This document shows, in pieces, positions 1 to 14,200 of a stretch of DNA of 64,000 nt. Location: NCBI RefSeq assembly GCF_009914755.1, contig NC_060938.1; one strand, given 5' to 3'. The first letter of the stretch is position 1. Each line of letters starts with the position of its first letter. A model generated the notes under the pieces. It saw nothing but the letters and a program-made list of their open reading frames with translations, was not told where the DNA came from and did not search any database. The DNA comes from the human T2T-CHM13v2.0 reference genome, Homo sapiens. Made by a program: the position numbers and the translations under genes.

Positions 1-2299
1 GAGGGACAAACATTCAGACCTTCGTAGCAGTTTTGTGGAATCCTATGTGAGGGACAAACACTCAGAATGCAGCAGCAATCTTCTGGAATCCTATGTGAGG
101 GACAAACACTCAGAACACAGCAGCAGTGTTCCGGAATACTTTGTGAGGGACAAACATTCAGACAATCTTAACAGTGTTCTGAAATCCTATGTGAGGGACA
201 AACAGTCAGAACCCAGCAGCAGTGTTTTGGAATCCTATGTGAGGAACAAACCCTCAGAACCGAGCAGCAGTGTTCTGGAATCTAATGTGAGGGACAAACA
301 CTTAGAACCCAGTGGCAGTGTTCTGTAATCGTTTGTGAGGGACAAACATTCAGACCTTCATAGCAGTGTTCTCGAATCCTATGTGAGAGACAAACACTAA
401 GAATGCTGCAGCAGTGTTCTGGAATCCCATGTTAGTGACAAACACTCAGAGCCCAGTAGCAGTGTTCTAGAATCCTTTGTGAGAGTCAAATACTGATACC
501 CTCAGAGCAGTGCTCTGGAATCCTATGAGACGGACAAACACTCAGAACCCTGCAGTAGTGTTCTGCATTCCAATGTGAGGGACAAGCATTCAGACCCTCA
601 TAGCACTGTTCTAGAATTCTCTGTGAGGGACAAACATTCAGACCCTCGTCGCATTGTTCTGGAATACTATGTGAGGTACAAACCCTCAGAAATCAGCAGC
701 AGTATTCTGTTATTCCTTGTGAGGGACAAACAATCAGATCAAGCAGCATTGTTCTGAAATGCTTTGTGATAGACAAACTTTGAGACCATCGTAGCAGTTT
801 TATGGAATCTTTTGTGAGGCACAAAAACTCATTACCCAGCAGCAGTGTCCTGGAATCCTACGTGAGAGACAAACACTCAGAAACCAGCCACTGTGCAGTG
901 GAATCCTATCTGAGGGACAAATGTTCAGAAATTTGCAGAAGAGTTCTGGAATCCTATGTGCAGGACAAACACTGAAAAACCAGCATCAGTGTTCCGGAAT
1001 CACTTTTGAGAGACAAACAAACAGAAACCAGCAACAGTGTTCTGGAAGCCTTTGTGAGGGAAAAACATTCTGACCCTCATAGCAGTGTTCTGGAATCCTA
1101 TGTGCCGGACAATCACTCAGAAGTTAGCAGCACTGTTGTGGTATCCTATGTGAAGGACAAAGATTCAGAACCCAAAATAAGTGTTCTGGAATCCTAAGTG
1201 AGGGACAAACTCTAACAACCCAGCAGCAGTTGTCTGTAATTTTTTGTGAGGGACAAATATTCAGACTCTCGAACCAGTGTTCTGGAATCCTATGTGAGGG
1301 ACAAACCTTCAGAGCCTCGTAGCACTGTTTTGGAATCCTATGTGAGGGACAAACACTCAGAACCCAGCAGCAATTTTTCTGGAATCCTATGTCAGCGACA
1401 AACACTCAGAACAAAGCAGCAGTGTTCTGGAATCCTTTGTGAGGAAGAAACATTCAGAACCTCATAGGAGTGTTCTGGAATCATATGTGAGGGACAAATA
1501 CTGTGAAGCCAATGACATTGTTCTGGAATCTGATGTGAGGGACAAACACTCAGAACCCAGCAGCAGTGTTCTAGAATCCTATGTGAGTGACAAACACTCA
1601 AAAACCAGCAGCAGTGTTCTGGAATCATTTGTGAGGGACAAACATTCAGACCCTAGAAGCTGTGTTCTGGAATCCAATGTGAGGGACAAACACTCTTATC
1701 ACAACAGGAGTGTTCTGCAATTCTTTCTGACAGACAAACATTCACATCCTCGTAACATCTCTCGGGAATCCTATGTGAGTGAGGAACACTCAGAACCCAG
1801 CAGCAGTGTTCTGGAATCCTATGTGAGGGACAAACACTCAGAACCCAGCAACAGTGTTCTTGAGTCCTATGTGAGGAACAAACACTCACAATGCAGCCAC
1901 TGAGTACTGGAGTCCTATCTGAGGGTCAAACATTCACACCCTCATAGAAGTGTTCTGGAATCCTTTGTGAGGGACAAACTCTAAGAAACCAGCAGCAGTG
2001 TACCGGAATCCTTTGGGAGGGAAAAACACTCAGAACCTCCTAGCAGTGTTCTTGGATCCTATGTCAGAGAAAAACATTCTGACCCTCGTAGCAGTTTTCT
2101 GGAATCATATATGAGGGACAAACACTGAGAACCCAGCAGCAGTGTTCTGGAATCCTATGTGAGGGACAAACATTCAGGAAACAGTAGTAGTGCTCTAGAA
2201 TCCTTTGTGAGGGACAAACACTCAGAATGCAGCAGCAGTGTTCTAGAATCCTTTGTTAGGTACAAACATTCAGAAACTTGTAGAAGAGTTCTGGAATGC

Positions 2300-5200
2300 G
2301 ATGTGAGGGACAAACACTCAGAATCCAGCCACTGTGTACTGGAATCCTATCGACGGCAAACATTCAGAACCTCGTAGAAGTGTTCTGGAATTCTATGTGA
2401 GGGACAAACACTAAGAAATCTGCAGCACTGTTCTATAATCCTTTCTGAGGGACAAACAACAGAATCCGGTAGCAGTGTTCTACATTCTCTATGAGGGAAA
2501 AACATTCAGAACCTCGTAGCATTATTCTTTAATCCCATATGAGGGACAAACACTCAGAACCCAGTAGCAGTGTTCTGGATCCCTTTGTGAGGGATAAACA
2601 TTCAGACATTCCTAGCAGTGTTCAGGAATCCTATGTGAGTGATATAATTTCAGAACTTCGTAGCACTGTTCTGGAATTCTATTAGAGGGACAAACACTCA
2701 GAAGCCAGCAGCAGAGTTCTAGAATCCTATGTGAGGGAGAAACACTCATAAAAAAGCAGCAGTGTTCTGGAATTCTATGTGAGGGACAAACACACAGAAC
2801 CCAGCAGCAGTGTTGTAGAATCCTTTGTGAGGGACAAACACTCAGAACCCAGCAGTAGTGTTCTGGAATCCTTTGTGAGGGACAAACATTCAGAACATCG
2901 TAGCTGTGTTCTGAAATCCCATGTGAGGGACAAACAGTCAGAATCCAGCCAATGAGAATTGCCATCCTATCTGAGGGCAAACACTCAGAACCTTGTAGAA
3001 GTGTTCTGGAATCCTATCTGATGGACAACACTAAGAAATCTGCAGCACTGCTCTGGAATCCTTTGTGAGGGACAAACAAACAGAACACAGTAGCACTGTT
3101 CTACAATCCTTTGTGAGGGAAACACATTCAGACTCTCGTAGCAGTGTTCTGGAATCCTATGTGAGGGGAAAACTTTCAGAACATCGTGGCAGAGTTCTGG
3201 AATCCTGTACGAGGGAGAAACACTCAGAACCCATTAGCAGTGTTCTGAAACCCTTTGGGAGGGAGAAACACTCACACTCTCATAACAGTGTTCTGGAATC
3301 CTATGTGAGGGAAAAACACTCAGATCCTTGTAGCAGGGTTCTGAATCCCTTTCTGAGGGATAAACATTCAGACCCTTGTAGCAGTCTTCTGGAATCCTAT
3401 GTGAGGGACAAACAGTCAGAACCCAGCAGCAGTGTTCTGGAATCCTATGTGTAGGACAAATACTCAGAACCCAGCAGCAGTGTTCTGGCAACCTAAGTGA
3501 GCGAAAAACTTTCAGAACTTCGTAGCAGTGTTCTGGAATTCTATGTGAGGGGCAAACACTCAGAAGCCAGCAGCAGTGCTGTGGAATCCTATGTGAGGGA
3601 CAAACACTCAGAATCCAGCCACCGTGCACTGGAATCCTATCTGAGGGCAAATATTCAGAACCTCAGAGAAGTGTTCTGGAATCCTATGAGGGACAAACAC
3701 TAAGAAATCTGCAACAGTGCTCTGGAATCCTTTGGAGGGACAAGCAAACAGAACCCTGTAGCAGTGTTGATCAGTCCTTTGTGAGGGAAAAACATTCAGA
3801 CCCTCGTAGCAGGGTTCTGGAATCCTATGTGAGGGAAAAATATTCAGACCCTTGTAGCAGTGTTTTGGAGTTCTATATGAGTGACAGACACTCCGAACCC
3901 AGCAGCAGTGTTCTGGAAACATTTGGGAGGGAAAAATATTCACACCCTCGTTAAAGTATTCTGGAATCCTATGTGAGGGAAAAAGATTCAGATCCTGATA
4001 GCATTGTTTTGGAATCCAATATGAAGTATGAACACTCAGAACCCAGTAGCAGTGTTCTGGAACCCTTTGTTGGGCATAAACATTCAGACCCTCGTAGCAA
4101 TGTTCTGGAATCCTATGTGTGGGACAAACACTCAGAACCCAGCAGCAGTGTTCTGGAATCCTATGTGAGGGACAAACTCTCAGAAAAAAGCAGCAGTGTT
4201 CTGGAAACCTATGTGGAGACAAGCTCTCAGAAATTTGTAGCAGTGTTCTGGAATTCTATGTGAGGGACAAACACTCAGAACCCAGCAGCAGTGTTGTGGA
4301 ATCCTAACTGAGAGACAAACACTCAGCACCCAGCATCAGTGTTCTGGAATCCAATGTGAGGGACAAACACTCAGAACCCAGCAGCAGTGTACTGTAATCC
4401 TTTGTGAGGGAGAAACATTAAGAAACTCGTAGCAGTGTCCTGAAATTCTATGTGAGGGACAAATATTCAGAATCTAGCCATTGTGTACTGGAATCCTATC
4501 CAAGCACAAACATTCAGAACGTCGTAGAAGTGTTCTGGAATCCTATGTGAGGGAATAACACTAAGAAATCTGCAGCAGTGCTCTGAAATCCTTTGTGAGG
4601 TACAAACAGAACCCAGTTGCAGTGTTCTACAATCCTTAGTGAGGGAAAATCTTTCAGACCCTCATAGCAGTCTTCTGGAATCCTATGTGAGGGAAAAACA
4701 TTCAGAACCTTGTAGCACTGTTCTGGAATCCTATATGAGGGAAAAACACTCAGAACACAGCAACAGTGTTCTGGAATTATTTGGGAGGGAAAAATATTCA
4801 CACCCTCGTAACAGTGTTCTCGAATCCTATATGAGGGGAAAACATTTAGAAACTCGCAGCATTGTTCTGGAATCCAATATGAGGGAAAAACACTCAGAAC
4901 CCCATAGCAGTGTTCTGTAAACCTTTGTGAGGAATAAACATTCAGAACCTCGTAGCTGTGTTCTGGAATCCTACGTGAGGGAGAAATCCTCAGAACACAG
5001 CAGCAGTGTTGTGGAATCCTATGCAAGGGACAAACCCTCAGAATCCAGCAGCAGTGTTTTGGAATCTTATGTAAGCGACAAACTTTCAGAACTTCATAGC
5101 CTGTTCTGGAATTCTATGTGAGGGACTGACACTCAGAACCAAGAAGCAGTGTTCTGGAATCCTAAGTCAGGGACAAACACTCAGAACCCAGCAGCAGTGT

Positions 5201-8200
5201 TCTCGAATCCTATGTGAGGCACAAGTACTCAGAACTCAGCAGTAGTGTTCTAGAATTATTTGTGAGGCACAAACACTCAGAAATCAGCAGCAGTGTTCTA
5301 GAATCTTTTTTGTGTGACAAGCATTCATAACCTTGTAGCAGTGTTCTGGAATCCTATGTGAGGGACAAACACTCAGAATCCAGCCACTGTGTACTGGAAT
5401 CCTATCCGAGGGCAAACATTCAGAACCTCACAGAAGTGTTCTGGAATCCTATGTGAGGGACAAACAGTAAGAAATCTGCAGCACTGCTCTGGAATCTTTT
5501 TTGAGGGAAAAACAGTCAGAACCCAGTGGCAGTGTTCTTCAATCCTTTTGTGAGGGAAAAACATTCAGAACCTCATAACAGTCTTCTGGGATCCTATCTG
5601 AGGGAAAAGCATTCAGAACCTCGTAGCAGTGATCTGGAATCCTATATGTGGGACAAACACTCAGAACCCAGCAGCAGTCTTCTGCAATCCTTTGGGAGGG
5701 GAAAACATTCACACCCTCGAAACGGTGTTCTGGATTCCTATGTAATAGAAAGACATTCAGACCCTCATATTATTGTTCTGGAATCCAATATGAGGGACAA
5801 ATGCTATGAACCCAGTAGCAGTGTTCTGAAATGCTTTGTGAGGGATAAACATTCAGACCTTTGTAGCACTGTTCGGGAATCTTATGCGGGGGACAAACAC
5901 TCAGAACCCAGCAGCAGTGTTCTGGAATCCTATGTGAGGGACAAACACTCAGAACACAGCCACAGTCTTCTGGAATCCTATATGAGCAACAAACGTTCAG
6001 AACTTCATAGCAGTGTTCTGGATTTCTATGTTATGGACAAACACTCAGTAGCCAGCAGCAGTGTTCTGGATTCCTAAGTGAGGGACAAACATTCAGAAAC
6101 CAACAGCAGTGTTCCTGAATCATATGTGATGGACAAACACACAGAACCCAGCAGAAGTGTTCTAGAATCTTTTGTGAGGGACAAACACTCAGAACCCGAC
6201 AGCAGTGTTCTGTAATCCTTTAGGAGGGAAAAACTTTCACACCCTCATAACAGTGTTCTGGAATCCTAGGTGAGGGAAAAACATTCAGACACTCGTACCA
6301 TTGTTTTGGAAGACAATATGAGGGCAACCACTCAGAACCCAGCAGCAGTTTCCTGGAAACCTTTATGAGGGATAAACATTCAGAACCTCGTAGCAGTGTT
6401 TTGCAATCTTATGTGAGGGACAAACACTAGAACCCAGCAGCAGTGTTCTGGAATCCTATGAGAGGGAGAAACACTCAGAACCCAGCAGCAGTGTTCTGGA
6501 ATCCTATGTGAGTGACAAACTTTCTGAATTTCGTAGCAATGTTCTGGAATTCTATGTGAGGGACAAGCAGTGAGAAATCAGCAGCAGTGTTCTGGAATTC
6601 TATGTGAGGGACAAAAATTCAGACCCTCCTAGCAGTGTTCTGGAATCCTATGTGAGATACAAATCCTCAGAACCTAGCAGCAATGTTCTAGAATCTTTTG
6701 TGAGGGACAAACACTCAGAACCCAGACTAAGTGTTCTAGAATCCTTTGTGAAGGACAAACATTCAGAACCTCGTAGCAGTGTTCTGGAATTCTATGTGAG
6801 GGACAAACACTCAGTATCCAGCCACAGTGTACTGGAATCCTATCTGAGAGCCAACATTCCAAACCTCATCACAGTGTTCTGGAATCCTATGTGAAGGACA
6901 AACACTAAGAAGTCTGCAGCAGTGCCCTGGAATTCTTTATGTGGGACCAAAAACATAACTCAGTAGCAGTGTTCTAAAATCCTTTGTGAGGGAAAAACAT
7001 TCAGATCCTCATAGCAGCGTTCTGGAACCCTATATGAGGGACAAACACTCAGAACAGAGCAGCAGTGTTCTGGAATCCTTTGGGAGGGAAAAACATTCAC
7101 ACCCTCGTAACTGAGTTCTGGAATCCTATGTGAGGGAAAAACTTTCAGACATTCGCAGCATTGTTCTGGAATCCAATATGAAGGACAAACCCTCAGAATC
7201 CAGTAGTAGTGTTCTGGAAACATTTGTGAGGGATAAACATTCAGACCCTCGTAGCAGTGTTCTGGAATCCAAAGTGAGGGACAAACACTCAGAACACAGC
7301 AGCAGTGTTCTGGAATCCTAAGTGAGAGACAAACACTCAGAACCCAGGAGCAGTGTTCTGGAATCCTAAGTGAGCAGCAAACTTTCAGAAATTTGTAGCA
7401 GTGTTCTGAAATTCTATGTGAGGGAGAAACACTCAGAACCCAGCTGCAGTGTTTTGGAATCCTAAGTGATGGACAAACACTCAGAACCCAGCAGCAGTGT
7501 TCTGGAATCCTAAGTGAGGGACAAGCGTTCGGAATCCAGCATTATTGTTCTAGAATCCTTTGTGAGACAAACACTCCGAACCCAGTCCCAGTGTTCTAGA
7601 ATCCTTTATTAGGGACAAGCATTCAGAACCTCGTAGCAGTGTTCTGGAATCCTATCTGAGGGACAAATACTCAGAATCCAGCCACTGTGTACTGGAATAA
7701 TATATGAGTGCAAACATTCAGAACCTCGTAGCAGTGTTCTGGAATCCTATCTGAGGGACAAATACTCAGAATCCAGCCACTGTGTACTGGAATAATATAT
7801 GAGTGCAAACATTCAGAACCTCATAGAAGTGTTCTGGAATCGTATGTGAGGGATAAAAACTAAGACATCTGCAGCAGTGCTCTGGATTCCTTTGTGAGGG
7901 ACAAGCAAACAGAACCCAGTAGCAATGTTCTACAATGCTCTGTGAGAGAAAAACATTCAGAACCTCGTAGCAGTGTTCTGGAATCCTATGTGAGGGAAAA
8001 CATTCAGACCCTAGAAGCTGTGTTCTGGAATCCTACCTGAGGGACAAACACTCAGAACCCAGCAGCAGTGTTCTGGAATCCTTTAGGAGGGAAAATATTC
8101 ACACCCTCGTAACAGTGTTCTGGAATCCTATGTGAGGGAAAAACATTCAGACACTCGTAGCATTGTTCTGGAATCCAATATAAGGGCAAACACTCAGAAC

Positions 8201-10560
8201 CCACTAGCAGTGTTCTGGAAACCTTTGTGAGGGATAAACATTCAGACCCTCGTAGCAGTGTTTTGGAATCCTATGTGAGGAACAAACACTCAGAATGCAG
8301 AAGCAGTGTTCTGGAATCCTATGAGAGAAACAAACACTCACAACCCAGCAGCAGTGTTCTGGAATCCCATGTGAGCGACAAACTTTCTGAACTTCCTAGC
8401 AGTGTTCTGGAATTCTATGTGAGGGACAAACTCTGAGAAGCCAGCAGCAGTGTTCTTGAATCCTAAGTGAGGGACAAACACTCAGAACCCAGCAGCAGTG
8501 TTCTGGAATCCTATGAGAGGGACAAACACTCAGAACCCATCAGCAGTGTTCTGGAATCCTTTGTGAGGGACAAATACTCAGAACCCAGCATCATTGTTCT
8601 AGAATCCTTTGTGAGAGTCAAACATTCAGAACCTCGTAACAGTGTTCTGGAATCCTAGGTGAGGGACAAACACTCAGAATCCAGCCATTGTGTACTTGAA
8701 TTCTAGCTGAGGGCAAACATTCAGAACCCCATAGAAGTGTTCTGGAATCCTATGTGTGGGACAAACTCTAAGAAATCTGCAGCAGTGCTCTGGAATCCAT
8801 TGTGAGGGGCAAACAAACATAACCCAGTAGCAGTGTTCTACAATCCTTTCTGAGGGAAAGACATTCAGACCATCTTAGCAGTGTTCTTGAATCCTTTGTG
8901 AGGGAAAAGCATTCAGACCCTCGTTGCAGTGATTTGGAATCCTATATGTGGGACAAACACTCAGAACCCAGCAGCAATCTTCTGGAATCCTTTGGTAGGG
9001 AAAAACATTCAAACTATCGAAACAGTGTTCTGGAAACCTATGTGATGGAAAGACATTCGGACCCTCTTGATATTGTTCTGGAATCCAATATGAGGGACAA
9101 ATGCTAACAGCTCAGTAGCAGTGATCTGAAACACTTTGTGACTGATAAACATTCAGACCCTTGTAGCACTGTTCTGGAATCTTATGTGAGGGACAAACAC
9201 TCAGAACCCAGCAGCAGTGTTCTGGAATCCTGTGTGAGGGACAAACACTCAGAACCCAGCAGCAGTGTTCTGGAATCCTGTGTGAGGGACAATCACTCAG
9301 AACCCAGCAGCAGTGTTCTGGAATCCTATGTGTGTGACAAACTTTCAGAACTTCGTAGCAGTGTTGTGGATTTCTATGTCATGGACAAACACTGAGATGG
9401 CAGCAGTGTTCTGGATTCCTAAGTGATGGACAAACACTCAGAAACCAACAGCAGTGTTCTGGAATCCTATGTGATGGACAAACACCGGAACCCAGCAGCA
9501 GTGTTCCAGCATCCTTTGTGAGGGACAAACACTCAGAACTCAGCAGAAGTGTTCTAGAATACTTTGTGAGGGACAAACATTCAGAACCTCGTAACACTGT
9601 TCTGGAATCCTATGTGAGGGGCAAACACTCAAAATCCAACCACTATGTACTGGAATCCTATCTGAGGCTAAACATTCAGAACCTCTGAGAAGTGTTCTGG
9701 AATCCTAAGTGAGGGACACACACTAAGAAATCTGTAGCTGTGTTCTGGGATCTTTTGTGTGGGACAAACTAACAGAACTCAGTAGCAGCATTGTACAATC
9801 CTTTGTGAGGGAAAAATATTCAGATCTCTTAGCAGTCTTCTGGAATCCTATGTGAGGGAAAAACATTCAGACCCTCGCTGCAGTGTTCTCAAATCCAACA
9901 TGAGGGACAAACACTCAGAACCCAGTAGCATTGTTCTGGAAACCTTTGTGAGGGATAAACATTCCGACCCTCGTAGCAGTGTTCTGGAATCCTAAGTGAG
10001 GGACAGACACTCAGAACCAAGCAGCAGTGTTCTGAAATCCTATGTATGCGACACAGTTTTAGAATTTCATAGCGGTGTTCTGGAATTCTATGTGAGGGAC
10101 AAACACTCAGAAGCCAGCTGCAGTGTTCTGGAATCCTATGTGAGGGACAAACATTCAGAACCCAGCAGCAGTGTTCTCGAATCCTATGTGAGGAACTAAC
10201 CCAGAGAACACAGCAACACTGTTCTAGAATCCTTTGTGAGGGACAAACACTCAGAACCCAGAAGCAGTGTTCTAGAATCCTTTGTGAGGGACAAACAATC
10301 AGAATCTCGTAGAAGTGTTCTAGAATCCTATGTGAGGGACAAACACTCAGAATCCAGAGACTGTGTACTGGAATCCTACTTGAGGGCAAACATTCAGAAC
10401 CTCGGAGAATTGTTCTGGTATCCTATGTGAGGGACAAACCCTAAGAAATCTGGAGCATCGCTCTGTAATCCTTTTTGAGGGACAAACAAACAGAACCCAG
10501 GTTCAGTGTCCTACAATCCTTTGTGAGGGAAAAACATTCAGACTCTCGTAGTAGTGTTCT
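2300..10560. repeat. Degenerate higher-order repeat domain 1 (units of ~13-30 monomers, mostly ~0.9 kb)
   Basis: Landmark variant TAAGAAATCTGCAG (or close variants) at ~2412, 3032, 3701, 4562, 5468, 6906, 7861, 8769, 9724 and 10442. It is typically preceded by a CCAGCCACTGTGTACTGG monomer and followed by an AAACAGAACC...GTTCTACAATCC monomer. Confidence 0.8.
7620..7822. repeat. Perfect 95-bp tandem duplication (2 monomers minus 1 bp)
   Basis: ATTCAGAACC at 7621, 7716 and 7811; rare variant GTACTGGAATAATATATGAGTGCAAAC present twice. Confidence 0.92.
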
Positions 10561-11279
10561 GGAATCCTATGTGAAGGACAAACACTCAGAAAACTGTAGC
10601 AGTGTTCTGGAATCCTATGTGAGGGAGAAATACCCAGGACTCGGCAGCATTGTTCGGCAATTCTATGTGAGGAGCAAACACTCCGAAACCAGCAGCAGTG
10701 TTCTAAAATCTTTTGTGAGTGACAAGCATTCAGACACTCAGAGCACTATTCTGTAACGCTAAGTGAGGGAGAAACATTCAGACCCTCGTAGCAGTGTTCT
10801 GAAATCCTATGTGAGAGACAAACACTAAGAACGCAGCAGCAGTGTTCTGGAATCCTATCTGAGGGACAAACACTGAGAACCCAGCAGCAGTGTTCTGGAA
10901 TCCTTTGTGCATGACAAACATTCAGAAATTCATAGCAGTGTTCTGGAATCATATGTGAGGGACAAACACTCTGAAACCAGCTGCAGTGTTTTGGAATCCC
11001 ATGTGAGGGACAGACACTCAGAACCCAGCAGCAGTGTTCTGGAATCCTACATAAATGAAAGACACTCAGAACCCAGAAGCAATGTTCCAGAATCCTTTGT
11101 GAGGGACAAACTATGAGACCTTCAAAGCAGTGTTCTGGAATCTTATGTGAGGGAAAAACACTGAGAACCCAGCAGCAGCGTTCCGGAATCCTATGTGTGG
11201 GACAAACACTCAGAACCCAGCCGCAGGGTTCTGGAATGTTATGTGATGGACAAACACACATAAGCCAGCCACTGTGTTC

Positions 11280-14200
11280 TGGAATCCTATGTGAGGGATG
11301 AACACTCAGAACCCAGCAGCAGTGTTCTGGATTCCTATATGAGGGACAGACACTCAGAACCTTGCAGCAGTTTTCTGGAATCCTAGGTGAGGTACAATCA
11401 CTCAGAACCCAGCTGCAGTGTTCTGGAATCCTATGTGTGGAACAAACATTCAGACCCTCGTAGCAGTGTTCTGGAATCTTATGTGATGATCAAACACTCA
11501 GAAAACAGTAGTAGTGTTCTGGAATCCTATGTCAGGGACAAACACTCTGAACCCAACAGTAGTGTTCTGGTATCGTTTGTGAGGGACTAACATTCAGACC
11601 CTCATAGCACTGTTCTGGAATCCTAGGTGAGAGATAAACACTCAGAACCCATCTGCAGTGTTCTGGAATCCTGAGTGAGGGACAAACACTCAGAACCCAG
11701 CAGCAGTGTTCTGAAATCCTTTGTGAGGGACAAACATTCAGAACTTCGCAGCATTGTTCTGGAATCATATGTGAGGGACAAACACTCAAAACCCCCCAGC
11801 AGTGCTCTGGAATCCTATGAGAGGGACGAGCATTCAGACCCTCATAGCACTGTTCTGGAACGCTATGTGAAGGACAAACATTCAGAGCCTCATAGCAGTG
11901 TTCTGGAGTCCTATGTGAGGTACAAACCCATAGAACTCAGTAGAATTCTGCAAATCTACATGAATTACAAACACTCGGAACACAGCAGCAGTGTTCTCGA
12001 TTCCTATTTGAAGGACAAACAATCAGAACCCTGCAGCAGTGCTCTGGAATCCCATCTGAGGGACCATCACTAAAAACCCAGCAGTAATGTATTGTACCTT
12101 ACATGATTGACAAACACACAGAACCCATCAGAAGTGTTCTGGAATCCTACAAGAGTGACAAACACTCAAAACCCAGCAGCAGTGTTCTGGAATCCTTTGT
12201 GAAGGACAAACATTCAGACCATTGTAGAACTGTTCTGAAATCCTAGGTGTGGGACAAAAACTCAGAACCCAGCACTGTTGTTCTGGAATCCTATGTGAGG
12301 GACAAATACTCAGAGCCCAGCAGCAGTGTTCAGGAATTCTATGTGACGTAAACCCTTAGAACCCAGCACCTGTGTTCTGGAAAACTTTTTGGGGACAAAC
12401 AGTCAGACACTCATAGCACTGTTCTATAATGCTATGTGAGGGAGAAACTTTCAGACTCTCATAGCAGTATTCTGAAATCCTATGTGAGGGACAAACACTC
12501 AGAAAACAGCAGCAGTGTTCTGTTGTCCTATGTGAGGAACAAACACTCAGAACCCAGCAGCAGTGTTCAGGAATTCTATGTGAGGGACAAAGCCTCAGAA
12601 CCCAACAGCAGTGTTCTGGAATCCTTTGTGAGGGACAAATATTGAGACACTCAGAGCAGTGTTTTGGAATACTATGTGAAGGACAAACACTCAGAACCCT
12701 GCAGCAGGGTTCTGGAATCCTATGTGTGGGACAACCATTCAGACCCTCATAACACTGTTCTGTAATGTTCTGTGAGGGACAAACATTCAGACCCTCATAG
12801 CAGTGTTCTGGAATCCTGCGTGAGGTACAAACCCTGAGAAGTCAAAAGCAGTGTTCTGGAATTCTATGTGAAGGACAAACCCTCAGAACCTTGCAGCAGT
12901 GTTCTGGAATCGTATGTGAGGGACTAACACTCAGAATCCAGCAGCAGTATTCTGGAATGCTATGTGAGGGCAAACACACAAAACCCAGCAGCAGTGTTCT
13001 GGTATCCTATATAAGGGACAAACACTCAGAACCCAGCAGAGGTGTCCTGGATTCCTATGTGAGACACAAACATTCAAAAACTAGCAGCAGTGTCCAGGAA
13101 TCCTAAATGAGGGACAAACATTCAGACCCTCGGAGCAGTGTTCTGGAATCCTATGTGAAGGACAAACACTCAGAACGCAATAGCAGTGTTCTGGAATCCT
13201 ATGTGAAGGACAAACACTCAGGACCCAGTAGCAGTGATAGGGAGTGCTTTCTGATGGACAAACATTCAGAACCTTGTAGCAATTTTCTGGAATCCTATGT
13301 GAGGGACAAACGCTCAGAACACAGCAGCAGTGTTCTGGAATACTTTGTGAGGGACAAACACTCAGAACCCAGCAGCATTTTTCTGCAATCTTTTGTGAGA
13401 GACAAACTTTCATACCCTTGGAGCCGTGTTCTCGAATCCTTTTTGAGGGACAAACACTCAGAACCCAACAGCAGTGGTCTGGAATCCTCTATGAGGGACA
13501 AACACTCAGAACCCAGCAGCAGAGTTCTGGACTCCTAAGTGAGGGACAAACACTCAGAACCCAGCAGCAGTGTTCGGGAATCCAAAGTGACGGACAAACA
13601 TTCAGATCCCTTCAGCAGTGTTCTGGGATCCTAAGTGAGGGACAAGCATTCAGACCCTCATAGCACTGTTCTCGAATGCTCTGTGAGGGACAAACATTCA
13701 GAACCTCGTAGCAGTGTTCTGGGATCCTATGTGAGGTACAAACCTTCAGAACCCAGCAGCATTGTTCTGGAATTCTACATGACGGACAAACCCTCAGAAC
13801 CTAGCTGCAGTGTTCTGGAATCCTATGTGAGGGACGAACACTCAGAACCCAGCAGCAGTGTTCTGCATTCCTATGTGAGGGACAAGCACTCAGAAACCTG
13901 CAGCAGCGTTTGGGAATCCCATGTGAGGGACAAATACTGAAAACCCAGCAGAAGTGTTCTTGTATCCTACTTGATGGACAAACACACAGAACCCAGCAGA
14001 AGTGTTCTGAAATCCTGTATGAGTGACAAACACTCACAACCCAGCAGTAGGGTTCTGGAATCCTATGTGAGGGACAAACATTCAGACCCTTGTTGCAGTG
14101 TTCTGGAATCCTATGTAAGGGACAAACACTCACAATACAGCAGCAGTGTTCTGGAATCATAAGTAACGGACTAACACTCAGAACCAAGCAGCAGTGTTCT

